Below, in pieces: positions 19,114 through 28,789 of a DNA stretch of 48,823 bases. A program made the translations under genes and the position numbers. The notes under the pieces are model-generated. The model searched no databases and had not been told where the DNA came from. It worked only from the letters and a program-made list of their open reading frames with translations. How positions within the stretch are numbered: position 1 is the first letter of the stretch; the number at the start of each line of letters is the position of its first letter. The DNA comes from an uncultured Muribaculaceae bacterium (GTDB lineage: Bacteria > Cyanobacteriota > Vampirovibrionia > Gastranaerophilales > Gastranaerophilaceae), in NCBI GenBank assembly GCA_964469445.1, contig CAYYAL010000001.1, positions 1 to 48,823 of the forward strand. The letters run 5' to 3'.

Positions 19114-22100
19114 TTATCTCAAATCAGGCAAAGAATTTATAAAATCCGCAACAGGTACAACTTTTTTAGGCAAATTCAAAGTCGGAGTTGTTGTTTTTGT
19201 ATTTGTTGTTGTCGTTGTTGTCGTTGTTGTCGGAAGTTTCGGAATATATTTTTGAACAGTTTGTTGTGCCTGATTTTGAAGTGTTTGTTTTACATCATTT
19301 ATACTTGTCGGAATTGCTGTTTGAGATGAAGTAGCAACTGTTGGTTTTGATAACCATTTAAACGATTTAACAGAACTTTGTGATTGAATTCCTCCGTTAA
19401 ATATAACCTTAAATTCCTTTGTAGGTAAACTCGTTTTCGGCGTTAATTGAGGAATCATGCCTACATTTTCATTATTTGGATTTGTTGTTATTTGATTAAC
19501 TAAAGCCGATGTTATAGCACCTATTTTTGGAATTGATGAAATCATTTTATCAAAAGAAAATTCTCCGATAGGCCCTAAGAGTTGGACAACATCATTCGAA
19601 AGTCTTCCCAAAACAACCATATTCGCTGAATTATTTAATAAATTATACTTACCTGTAATATACATACTCATAGAAGGACCCGAAGTCTTAATAAAGTCAA
19701 TATCAGCCCAAGCATTATTAAACGTCATTTTTCCCTTTATATATTTAAAACTTCCCGTATTTTTTGCCGTAATAAATTTAGTAACGGCACCTAGTGTTGT
19801 TCTAAATATATTATTAGATAAAAGGTTTTGAGCGTATAATAAATGTTCAAGTTGTCCCAATTTACCCATTTGACCGTTTGAAATAATAAAATCCGTTTTA
19901 CCTTTCAAACTTTTTATAATATCAAAATCGGAATATCCTCTCATTGTAACATTTGCGTCGAAATCAAGTTTTCCCAAAGGCACATCAGGCATACCTGTCA
20001 AACCTTTAATTGCAGGTCCTGCGGAAAGATTTCTACCCTGCATATTTATTCCAATATTTGAATATAATAAATTATAATTTATATCACCTGCGACATTTCC
20101 TGTATAAGCGTTTCCTGTTAAATTTTTCAAATACAAAACATTATTTTTCAAGTTAAAATCAGTTGAAATATTACTTGCCTGCATTCCACCTGTTTTAAAA
20201 TTATTTACATACCCTTTACCGCTTAAAACAGTTATACCCAAATCAGTTCCGGGAGCAGCATTTGCCTGTGGCATTGCATTAAAGACTGCACCTAAAGTAT
20301 CAAGATTTATATTTTGCCCGTTAAAATCAACATTATTTATAATTATGCCTTTGCTAAAATTATTATTTATATTCGATTTAAAAGACATTACATTATCTGC
20401 AAGTGCCAGTTTCGAACAATTTACATTAATTGAATTTTTTGCAAAAGAAACCGTTGTACTGTTCATTTCTGTTTTCATCGCAGGAATTAATACTCTTAAA
20501 ATATTAATATTTCCTGAAACCGTCGGATTATTAACTCTTCCGTTTATAGACAAATTCCCTTTATTAATAATTGCAGAAGAATTATTAAATCCCGGAATTG
20601 AAGTCGAAATTTGCTGTGGAATATGAATATTTATCCCATGTAAATTTGGGTTTTTGCCATATAAATCAGAAACTTTTCCGCCAATATAAACAACCTTACT
20701 TACAGATGACAAATTTGATTTAAAATTCTCAGAAAGTCCTTTATTTTGGCTTAAAGAATTTAGAGAAATATCTTCAATTTTAAAATCAAAACCGCTCAAA
20801 CTTCCCGAAAAATTTAATAATGAAGTTTTTCCTCTCAAAGAATTTATATCAAAAACCGACACATAATTAGAATTATTCGCCATCGCTTGAGCTTGAATGC
20901 TTTGAACTTGTTGATTACCTGAAACTTTTGCAATAAAAGGAATTTTCCCAATCGCATTAACACCGCTTCTAAATTCTTTCGGCAAAAACATTTTCAAATC
21001 ATTTGATAATATTTTTCCTCTTGCCGTCAAATTTACATTTGCCCTTTTAGAATTATAATCACGAATTCCGCCTAAAATATCTATTTTAGAACTGTTTAAA
21101 TATAAAGCCGAATTATCGATTTTTAAATCCTTTTCGTCAAAAACAATTGAAGCTTTAGGAACAGTTATCATAGGCATTTGAGATGTTATCTTCAATCCCT
21201 GTATTAAAACATTTCCATCAATATTTTTTCCGTTAGAAGAAACATTGATATTAGCCAAAGGCAAAGATATATAAGCTTTATTCGGAATATTTTTTAAATT
21301 CAAATTAGTAAGTTTAATATCAACTTTTGGTTTTGCTTTTTCAAATTTTCCCTTAAAAGATGCCACTATATTTATTAAACCTGAATTTATAGAATTTTCT
21401 TTTAAAATTTGTTTTTGACCGAGTGTTGCAAGAAGCCCCTTCACTTGAATATTTTCTGCAAGTACGGATAAATCCGCATAAGAACTGCTATCCACATAAC
21501 CTTTAATACTAATAGGAGAACCATTTAAATTAGCATTTGCTTTTTTAATTTTAATTTTATCATCTGAAAAATCTATGTCTGCATTTATTGATTTTAAACC
21601 CACATTATATAGTTTATAAATAATATTCGCATTATTAACTTTTAAAAATCCGTCTGATTTTATTTTCTTAAAATTAGATTTTAAATTAAAATCTGCCGTA
21701 AAATATCCATTTGCATTTATCTGTTCTAAATCCTTAACCCCAAACATTTGTGCGATAGTATCAAGGATTACAACCGCATCGTCCAAGTCTGTTCTGTCAC
21801 TTTTTACGTTCAAATCTATTAAACGTCTTTTTCCGTTTATAAATTTTCCTCTTACAGTTATTTCTTCATCAATATCTGTATATAAATTAGAATTTATCTT
21901 AGTTTTATTTCCGCTGAAATCTAAATCAATATTACTTTTTGGAAGTGTTTTTCCTTTCAAAGTAAGCAAGATATCGTCTAAATCAAAATCGCCGTCGATT
22001 TTAATATCTTCATTTTTTCCGTCAATTTTTAAATCGGCATTTATATCTGCACATAAATTATATTTATGAATATTATTAAATATATCAATTATATTAAATT

Positions 22101-22815
22101 CAATCGGTTGAGCTTGTTCTGTTGTCGTTGCAATTTCAGGAAAATACTTATTAAAAATATCAAAATTATATTTAATCTGTTTTCGATTTTGAAAAGATAA
22201 AGCTCCTTCTGTCGAAATTTTTATCTTTTTGTTCAACACAAAATCGCTTATCTTAAAATCTTTTCCTTCCAATGAATAAATTTTATTAGTCCCTTTTTCA
22301 ATAAAAGATATTTTATAATCTTTCAAATTTATATCGGGCATCGCCTCTGAAAATCTAATTCCAAAAGGCATTTCAGATGATGCTGTTTGATTTTGTTGTC
22401 CTGATATAATATTATTTATATCTTTTTCCAAATCAAATTTGCCATTGCTGTCAACATAAAGCCTTACCATTAATTTATCAAGATTTATACTGTCAATTTT
22501 AATTTGCTTAAATAAAAACGGAAGCAAAGAAATATTTATATTAAAATCATTCGCTTGAGCAATTTTAACGTTACTCGGAGAAATTATATCCGCTTTTTTA
22601 ACCTTAACTCCCAAAGTTAACTTCCAACTTGTTTTCAAGCTTAAATCTTTTAAATTTAACTTGAATTTGCTTGCATTCTCAACCTGTTTTGAAATTTCAG
22701 GTGCGAATTTATCTAAATTTATCGCAAACGGCAAGATAAATAAAAATCCTGCATATAAAATTATTAATAATGAAAAAATACTTATTAAACCTATTTTTAA
22801 AGCCTTCATAACCAC
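19114..22815 (-). CDS. AsmA/TamB-like large envelope-biogenesis protein
   Basis: 1233 aa. Has an N-terminal membrane anchor (IGLISIFSLLIILYAGFLFILPF), a long Asn/Lys/Ile-rich beta-type repetitive body, and a Thr-tract near the C-terminus. Confidence 0.55.
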   Translation of the reverse strand: MVMKALKIGLISIFSLLIILYAGFLFILPFAINLDKFAPEISKQVENASKFKLNLKDLSLKTSWKLTLGVKVKKADIISPSNVKIAQANDFNINISLLPFLFKQIKIDSINLDKLMVRLYVDSNGKFDLEKDINNIISGQQNQTASSEMPFGIRFSEAMPDINLKDYKISFIEKGTNKIYSLEGKDFKISDFVLNKKIKISTEGALSFQNRKQIKYNFDIFNKYFPEIATTTEQAQPIEFNIIDIFNNIHKYNLCADINADLKIDGKNEDIKIDGDFDLDDILLTLKGKTLPKSNIDLDFSGNKTKINSNLYTDIDEEITVRGKFINGKRRLIDLNVKSDRTDLDDAVVILDTIAQMFGVKDLEQINANGYFTADFNLKSNFKKIKSDGFLKVNNANIIYKLYNVGLKSINADIDFSDDKIKIKKANANLNGSPISIKGYVDSSSYADLSVLAENIQVKGLLATLGQKQILKENSINSGLINIVASFKGKFEKAKPKVDIKLTNLNLKNIPNKAYISLPLANINVSSNGKNIDGNVLIQGLKITSQMPMITVPKASIVFDEKDLKIDNSALYLNSSKIDILGGIRDYNSKRANVNLTARGKILSNDLKMFLPKEFRSGVNAIGKIPFIAKVSGNQQVQSIQAQAMANNSNYVSVFDINSLRGKTSLLNFSGSLSGFDFKIEDISLNSLSQNKGLSENFKSNLSSVSKVVYIGGKVSDLYGKNPNLHGINIHIPQQISTSIPGFNNSSAIINKGNLSINGRVNNPTVSGNINILRVLIPAMKTEMNSTTVSFAKNSINVNCSKLALADNVMSFKSNINNNFSKGIIINNVDFNGQNINLDTLGAVFNAMPQANAAPGTDLGITVLSGKGYVNNFKTGGMQASNISTDFNLKNNVLYLKNLTGNAYTGNVAGDINYNLLYSNIGINMQGRNLSAGPAIKGLTGMPDVPLGKLDFDANVTMRGYSDFDIIKSLKGKTDFIISNGQMGKLGQLEHLLYAQNLLSNNIFRTTLGAVTKFITAKNTGSFKYIKGKMTFNNAWADIDFIKTSGPSMSMYITGKYNLLNNSANMVVLGRLSNDVVQLLGPIGEFSFDKMISSIPKIGAITSALVNQITTNPNNENVGMIPQLTPKTSLPTKEFKVIFNGGIQSQSSVKSFKWLSKPTVATSSQTAIPTSINDVKQTLQNQAQQTVQKYIPKLPTTTTTTTTTNTKTTTPTLNLPKKVVPVADFINSLPDLR

Positions 22816-22972
22816 TCCGAATAATTAAAATAACCGAAATTAATATAGCATAAAAAAAAAGAAAAGAAATTCTACTTTTATACTAAACTCAACAGCTATT
22901 TTAAAATAATTGTGGTAAAAATTACCTGTTTGTAATAAAATTTTTTTAAATATAAAGAAAAAGAGGCATTTT

Positions 22973-25018
22973 ATGAGCAAATATCTTTTAGAAATCGGAG
23001 TTGAAGAATTACCTTACAAGTTTATTCCACAAGCTATCGACCAATTAAAAACAGCTTTTACGAAATTATTTGAAGAAAATAAAATTGATTATTCAAATAT
23101 GGAAGTTTACGGAACACCGAGAAGACTTGCCGTTTTAATAGATAATTTAAGTGAAAATCAGCCTGATATTGAAAAAATTATTAAAGGACCTATTAAAAAT
23201 ATTGCCTACAATTCTGACGGAACACTTTCTAATGCAGGATTAGGATTTTGCAAAAAAAACGACGTTGAAGAAAAAGATTTAAGCGTTGTAGATAATTATT
23301 TAACAGCAAAAATTGTTGTAAAAGGAAAGAATACGGCAGAAGTTTTGAAAGAAAATATTCCGCATATTATTTTAAAACTTCAAGGTTCACATTTTATGAG
23401 ATGGGCTGATTTTGATGAAAAATTTTCCCGTCCTATTCGCTGGATTGTATCATTACTTGACGACAAACAAATCGAATTAAATATTATGAATATAAAATCT
23501 GCTGACACTTCAAGAGGTCATAGATTTTTTAATAATGATTTGAATAATCAAAATGTTAAAATAAAATCCGCAGATTTATATTTAGAAACATTGAAAGAAG
23601 CAAAAGTTCTTGTAAATCAAGATGAAAGAAAAAATATTATAATTGATTTAGCTCAAAAAGAAGCGGACAAAATCGGTGCAAAAGTTTCTTACAGCGAAGA
23701 TTTGCTTGATGAAGTAACTTACCTTTGCGAATGGCCTGTCGCTTTTGTTTGTGATTTCGACGAAAAATACTTGGATATTCCGGAAGAAGTTACCGTAACT
23801 GTTATGTCAACTCATCAAAGATATTTTGCACTTTATCAAAAAAACGGAAAATTATTGAATAAATTTATAACAATTACGAATTATTTGGGTGATGATTTTT
23901 CAAATATAAAAGCGGGAAATGAAAGGGTTATAACAGCAAGACTTGATGATGCGATTTTCTTCTTTAAAGAAGATACAAAAAAATCACTTGCTCAACATGT
24001 TGAAAATTTGAAAGGAATTACCTTCCAAAAAGGAATGGGTTCTGTTTATGACAAAACTATGAGAATTATTACTTTGTCAAAAGAAATTGCTCAAAAACTT
24101 TCATTATCGAAAGATGAAACTGCAATAATAGAAAGAACAGCACTTCTTTGCAAAGCCGATTTGACAACAAGCCTTGTGTTTGAATTTACAGAATTACAAG
24201 GATTTATCGGGGCTGATTATGCAAGAGTTTCCAATGAAAACGAAAAAGTTTGCCAAGGAATTATGGAACATTATTTTCCGCTAAATGCTGAAAGCGAATT
24301 GGCAAAAGGAATTGAAGGTCAAATCGTCGGGATTTCCGATAAATTAGACACAATTTGTGCCGTATTTTTAGACGGTAAAAAACCAACAGGCTCTTCCGAC
24401 CCACTCGGCGTAAGACGTGCTTGCTTAGGAATTATTAAAACAATTATCGTTAATAATTTGAATATAAATGTTTCTGAATTTATTCAAAAATCCATTGATT
24501 TATTACCAAAAAAACCTGAAAACAAAGAAGAATTAATAAAAAATATTGAAGAATTTTTTAATCAAAGATTGATTATTTTCTTAAGCGAAACACATAGAAA
24601 AGATATTCTTGAAGCATGCTCTTCTGTCAAAAATCCTCTTAAAAATCTTTCGGATTTGGTTGAAAGAGTTAATTTGATTGAAAATTTATCAAAACAAAAT
24701 AATTTTTCTTCAATTTTAGAATGTGCAAACAGAATTTTAAAAATTACAAAAAATGAAGAAATTAATTCAGTTGATGAAAAAATGTTAACAATTAATGCAG
24801 AAAGAAATCTTTATGAAACCGTCTTAAAGATAAATGATAAAACCTACAAAACACTTGTGGAAAGCTTGATTTCAGCAACACCTGTTATTGAAAAATTCTT
24901 TGAAGATGTTCTTGTCATGGATAAAGATGAAAAAATTAAACAAAATAGGCTTGCAATTTTAGGCATGCTTAAAGTAAAATATAATTTAATCGCAGATTTT
25001 AACAAAATCGTTTCTTAA
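22973..25018 (+). CDS. glyS: Glycine--tRNA ligase beta subunit
   Basis: 681 aa. Contains 'YLLEIGVEELP', 'GTPRRLAV' and 'FIGADYA'. No glyQ is adjacent. Confidence 0.92.
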   Translation: MSKYLLEIGVEELPYKFIPQAIDQLKTAFTKLFEENKIDYSNMEVYGTPRRLAVLIDNLSENQPDIEKIIKGPIKNIAYNSDGTLSNAGLGFCKKNDVEEKDLSVVDNYLTAKIVVKGKNTAEVLKENIPHIILKLQGSHFMRWADFDEKFSRPIRWIVSLLDDKQIELNIMNIKSADTSRGHRFFNNDLNNQNVKIKSADLYLETLKEAKVLVNQDERKNIIIDLAQKEADKIGAKVSYSEDLLDEVTYLCEWPVAFVCDFDEKYLDIPEEVTVTVMSTHQRYFALYQKNGKLLNKFITITNYLGDDFSNIKAGNERVITARLDDAIFFFKEDTKKSLAQHVENLKGITFQKGMGSVYDKTMRIITLSKEIAQKLSLSKDETAIIERTALLCKADLTTSLVFEFTELQGFIGADYARVSNENEKVCQGIMEHYFPLNAESELAKGIEGQIVGISDKLDTICAVFLDGKKPTGSSDPLGVRRACLGIIKTIIVNNLNINVSEFIQKSIDLLPKKPENKEELIKNIEEFFNQRLIIFLSETHRKDILEACSSVKNPLKNLSDLVERVNLIENLSKQNNFSSILECANRILKITKNEEINSVDEKMLTINAERNLYETVLKINDKTYKTLVESLISATPVIEKFFEDVLVMDKDEKIKQNRLAILGMLKVKYNLIADFNKIVS

Positions 25019-25155
25019 ATGTTTGGCAAAAGGCTCGTATCAAAAGAGTTCGCAGACTTTATTAAAATTTGTAACAAAACACTTTAAAATAGTAAATATT
25101 TTTTTTGAGAGAACTTTAATAAATTACAAAAGTGTGAAGTAAAAAGGTTAAGAAA

Positions 25156-25473
25156 ATGTTCAATCGTTTCAAAAATTTAAAAATTGTACAAAAATTAAAA
25201 GAAATCAGCCCAAAGTTAAGATGGTTGATGTTCTCTCAAGTACAAGATTATAAAATCAACTCCCAGTATATTGACATCTTATGTTCGGATACAGAGAAAG
25301 CACAGAATTCTGACGAAAAGAGGTTGGAAGCAATGGTCAGAGAATCTCTCATAAAGGAGTTTTCACCTGAGGTGCAAAACATGAAATCTTATGAGCTTCT
25401 TGTTGATGCAGTAATGCACAATTTAAAGAAAAAACAGCTTCAAGCCACAGATAGCATAGAAGAAGTCTCTTAA
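25156..25473 (+). CDS. Hypothetical protein (105 aa), atypical codon usage
   Basis: Open frame with AAGG about 10 nt upstream. More G/C-ending codons (CTC, CAG, GAG, AGC) than its neighbours. No recognisable motif. Confidence 0.45.
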   Translation: MFNRFKNLKIVQKLKEISPKLRWLMFSQVQDYKINSQYIDILCSDTEKAQNSDEKRLEAMVRESLIKEFSPEVQNMKSYELLVDAVMHNLKKKQLQATDSIEEVS

Positions 25474-25518
25474 CTACAAAAATCTCAGCTATCATTAGCA
25501 AGTAAAACTTGTAAAAGT

Positions 25519-25544
25519 AACCTCATCTTACAAAAGATGGGGTT
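25519..25544 (+). terminator. Hairpin downstream of the 105-aa ORF (weak terminator candidate)
   Basis: AACCTCATCTT-ACAA-AAGATGGGGTT forms 11 bp including one G-U, followed by ATTTAAA (a poor U-tract). Confidence 0.35.
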
Positions 25545-25566
25545 ATTTAAACATGAAGTGGGGACG

Positions 25567-25695
25567 GAAGGCAGGAAGCTCGGAGGGCAGGAAGGCAAGT
25601 AATACGTAGTCCTGAAAAAAGGCTATATCGTCCTGAACTTGTTTCAGGACCTAAAGAAAGAAGGCAGGAAGCTCGGAAGCTCAGAAGTCAGGTAA
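25567..25695 (+). repeat. GC-rich GGA-dense direct repeats flanking a GTCCTGAA hairpin core (candidate structured ncRNA)
   Basis: 36-nt imperfect direct repeats at 25567-25602 and 25660-25695, with the first 18 nt (GAAGGCAGGAAGCTCGGA) identical. GTCCTGAA occurs at 25609-25616 and 25630-25637, and its complement TTCAGGAC at 25643-25650. Confidence 0.6.
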
Positions 25696-25853
25696 AAAGA
25701 ATTGAACAAAACTAAAAAATAAATTCACATTACTTTTGCCACCAAAAGTAACTTAAGAAAAAATTGTAAACAAAAAGTTTACATAAAAGGCAATTTTTTT
25801 AGATAAAAATACTTTATAAATATACGGATATATTTATAAAGGTTTAATATAAT

Positions 25854-26057
25854 ATGCGAGAACAAGACTTAAATACTATAATGTCAGTGGTTTCAGACCC
25901 AATTAAGAATGTTTATGCTTTGAGTTCAAGAAAAGATGTCGAAGAAATTCAAAGAATAGTCAGAATTTTTAATATTGCAAAAGAGCAAGAAAATAAACAT
26001 AAAATGCTTTCAATCAAAAATGTTGCAACATTTAACTTAGTTTTAAGTAATAATTAG
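25854..26057 (+). CDS. Hypothetical protein (67 aa)
   Basis: Open frame followed by a strong terminator hairpin. No recognisable motif. Confidence 0.4.
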   Translation: MREQDLNTIMSVVSDPIKNVYALSSRKDVEEIQRIVRIFNIAKEQENKHKMLSIKNVATFNLVLSNN

Positions 26058-26086
26058 ATTTTATTTAGGAAATAGGAATAAAGGTG

Positions 26087-26125
26087 AAAAAGAAGTGGCG
26101 GATTTTAAAATCCGCCGCTTCTTTT
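26087..26125 (+). terminator. Intrinsic terminator
   Basis: AAAAAGAAGTGGCGGATTTT / AAAATCCGCCGCTTCTTTTT is a long stem with one G-U, followed by a T-run. Confidence 0.75.
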
Positions 26126-26190
26126 TAAACATATTTTAATTTGCAAAATATATTTGTTTTTGTTTAAATTTAAAAAGTTAAGGAATTTGT

Positions 26191-26868
26191 ATGAAAAGAT
26201 TTTTATTAGTTATTTTCGTGTTCTTTTTAGGAACAGGGGTTTTTGCTGATTATCTAATTGATGAAAATGCCATCAGCGGTGATAAACTTTGGGATAAATT
26301 CGGAGTTTTTGAAAAAAGAGTTATAAACGTTACAACAAGAATAATAAATGCAAATCATATTGATAAACGTATTCCGATAAGTGTTTCCAGAAATTTAAAA
26401 TATATCAACGCTTCTTCTCATTTTTCAAGTAAAAAAATTACTGTTGGAACAGGATTGATGCTTTATATACAAAATGATGATGAATTAGCTTATATAATCG
26501 GGCATGAAATCTCACATTCAATTGATGCATATACAAGCTTTTTAAAACCTTATATCGTATTTTTTAATTCAATTCATTACGAATATCGCTCTGATTTAAT
26601 GTCGATTGATATGATGGTAAAATCTGGTTATAACCCTATTTATGCTATCACAATGGCAAATAAACTTTTTAATGAGCCTTATTTTGAGATTTGGCTTTTA
26701 AGCACTCATCCAAAAGGCTCTAAAAGATGCATGAAAATGTATAAATATATTTATAAAAAATACCCGCAATATTTAACTTCTGATGCGACAAAAACGTCGA
26801 CTTACAAATCTTTTGAAAATAACATGGCGGAAGAAATTGCTAAATTTAAAAAAGAACAAGAGCTTTAA
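26191..26868 (+). CDS. Secreted M48-family zinc metallopeptidase
   Basis: 225 aa. Has a signal peptide (LLVIFVFFLGTGVFA) and 'DELAYIIGHEISHSI' (HExxH). Confidence 0.75.
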   Translation: MKRFLLVIFVFFLGTGVFADYLIDENAISGDKLWDKFGVFEKRVINVTTRIINANHIDKRIPISVSRNLKYINASSHFSSKKITVGTGLMLYIQNDDELAYIIGHEISHSIDAYTSFLKPYIVFFNSIHYEYRSDLMSIDMMVKSGYNPIYAITMANKLFNEPYFEIWLLSTHPKGSKRCMKMYKYIYKKYPQYLTSDATKTSTYKSFENNMAEEIAKFKKEQEL

Positions 26869-26870
26869 AA

Positions 26871-27335
26871 ATGAAAAAAATTTTATCTCTGATATTTTTC
26901 TGTTTAATATCTACTTTACCGACTTTTGCAGAAAAAATGGATATAAAAATAACTCCAACTCAAATAATTTCGACTAAAAATAATGGAATTGATTTTGGCG
27001 ATTGGATTAAATTTGAAACAGTCGAAGACATATTTTTAAATAATAAAATTTATATAAAAAACGGAACAGAAGTTTTAGGATTTGTTGATTATGTTCAACC
27101 AAACGGTTTTCTGTTTGATTATGCAAGTATTAAATTTACAAAATTTGTTTTAAAAAATACTTACGGACAAAAAATAAAAATTAAATCGAATCTATTAATT
27201 TACGGAAAAGATATTCTTCCGGAAAACATATTTCTAAAAGGTTTAATTCAAATTCCGAGATTTTTCAGAGGTGCTGAAATTTACATTGAACCTGATGAAA
27301 AAGTTTTTATGATAAAATTTTTACAAGAAAGTTAG
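26871..27335 (+). CDS. Secreted hypothetical protein
   Basis: 154 aa. Has a signal peptide (LIFFCLISTLPTFA). Its ATG lies 2 nt after the M48 stop, suggesting translational coupling. Confidence 0.6.
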   Translation: MKKILSLIFFCLISTLPTFAEKMDIKITPTQIISTKNNGIDFGDWIKFETVEDIFLNNKIYIKNGTEVLGFVDYVQPNGFLFDYASIKFTKFVLKNTYGQKIKIKSNLLIYGKDILPENIFLKGLIQIPRFFRGAEIYIEPDEKVFMIKFLQES

Positions 27336-27339
27336 AATT

Positions 27340-28662
27340 ATGAAAAAAGTTTATATAGAAACATTAGGTTGCCAAATGAATAAATCCGAAACTGAGAGAA
27401 TGCTCGGAATGTTATCTTGTTTGGGTTATGAAGCCGTAAGCAAAGCAAAAAAATATTCTGATGCAGATTTAGTCATTATAAATACATGTTCAATAAGACA
27501 ATTGTCAGAAGATAAAGCATATTCGCAATTAGGCAGATGGGGTGCTTGGAAAAGACGTAATCCTGAATTAAAGATCGGAATGTGCGGTTGTGTTGCACAA
27601 CAGGCAAAAGAAAAGGTTTTTAAGAGAATGCCTTTCGTGGATTTAGTTTTCGGAACACATAATATTCCGGAACTTCCGGATTTAATAAAAAGAGTTGAAG
27701 CAGGCGAAAAAGTTTGTGCGGCAGGAGAAATTCCCGTTAAAGAAAGAGATTATCCGATAAAAAGGGATAGCGGATTTAATGCATGGATTACCATAATCGA
27801 AGGTTGCAACAATTTTTGCACTTATTGCATCGTTCCTTATACAAGAGGCAGAGAGCGTTCAAGAAACCCTTTAACGATTATAAAAGAGGCAAAAGATGCA
27901 ATTTCTCAAGGATATAAAGAAATTACACTTCTCGGACAAAATGTTGATAGTTACAAATGGGAAGAAAATGGCGAAAATTGGAATTTATCAAGACTTTTAA
28001 GAGAATTAAATAATTTAAAAGGCGATTTCAGAATTCGATTTGTAACTTCTTATCCGACAGATATTACAGATGAAGTTATTGATACTGTCGTTAATTGCGA
28101 AAAAATTTGCGAATATTTTCATATTCCGATGCAATCAGGTTCATCAGAAATCTTAAAGAAAATGAACAGACGTTATAGTCGAGAAGAATATATTAAAATT
28201 GCAAAAAAAGTAAGAGAAAAAGTGAAAGATGTAACAATTACAAGCGATTTTATAGCAGGGTTTCCTGCAGAAACAGAAGAACAATTTCAAGAAACGTTAT
28301 CTGTAATTGATGAATTATGTCTGGATTATTCAAACACAGCAGCTTATTCTCCAAGAGAAAAAACCGTCGCTGCAAAATGGGTTGAAAAATTTCTTCCCGA
28401 AGAAGTTAAAGTTGAAAGATTAAAACGACTTAACGATAAAGTTAAAGAAAATTGTCTAAAATCAAACAAAAAATTTATCGGGAGAACCTTGGAAGTTCTT
28501 ATTGAAACTTTTGAAAATCATAAAGGCGAAAATGTTTTAACAGGCAGAACAAGAAATAATAAAATTGTTCATATAAAAAGCAATGAAAAGGATTTGGTCG
28601 GAACATTTGCAGATATTGAAATAACAGGTTGTACAACTTGGTATTTAAAAGGTTCTATTTAA
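27340..28662 (+). CDS. miaB: tRNA-2-methylthio-N6-dimethylallyladenosine synthase
   Basis: 440 aa. Contains 'YIETLGCQMN', the radical-SAM motif 'CNNFCTYCIVP', and a C-terminal TRAM domain. Confidence 0.9.
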   Translation: MKKVYIETLGCQMNKSETERMLGMLSCLGYEAVSKAKKYSDADLVIINTCSIRQLSEDKAYSQLGRWGAWKRRNPELKIGMCGCVAQQAKEKVFKRMPFVDLVFGTHNIPELPDLIKRVEAGEKVCAAGEIPVKERDYPIKRDSGFNAWITIIEGCNNFCTYCIVPYTRGRERSRNPLTIIKEAKDAISQGYKEITLLGQNVDSYKWEENGENWNLSRLLRELNNLKGDFRIRFVTSYPTDITDEVIDTVVNCEKICEYFHIPMQSGSSEILKKMNRRYSREEYIKIAKKVREKVKDVTITSDFIAGFPAETEEQFQETLSVIDELCLDYSNTAAYSPREKTVAAKWVEKFLPEEVKVERLKRLNDKVKENCLKSNKKFIGRTLEVLIETFENHKGENVLTGRTRNNKIVHIKSNEKDLVGTFADIEITGCTTWYLKGSI

Positions 28663-28789
28663 AATATCCTTTTTATGGTTGAATTTTGTGTTAAAAAATG
28701 TGTTTTGCTTGCAATATTATTATTTGTTAACTAAAATGAATGCATAGATTTTTTTATCTTAAAGGTCTAATAGAAAAAAGGAGAGTATT

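Noticed and set aside
19075-19329. Cys-rich 84-aa ORF (…CCFCICCCRCCRCCRKF…), which looks superficially like a metal-binding or RiPP-like peptide
   Set aside because: Its ATG lies inside the terminator hairpin, and the Cys run is simply the antisense reading of the ACA/ACG poly-Thr tract of the 1233-aa AsmA-like gene.
25567-25695. Possible CRISPR array (36-nt repeats)
   Set aside because: There are only two copies, and they diverge after 18 nt. The 57-nt spacer is itself made of internal repeats, and no cas genes occur in the window.
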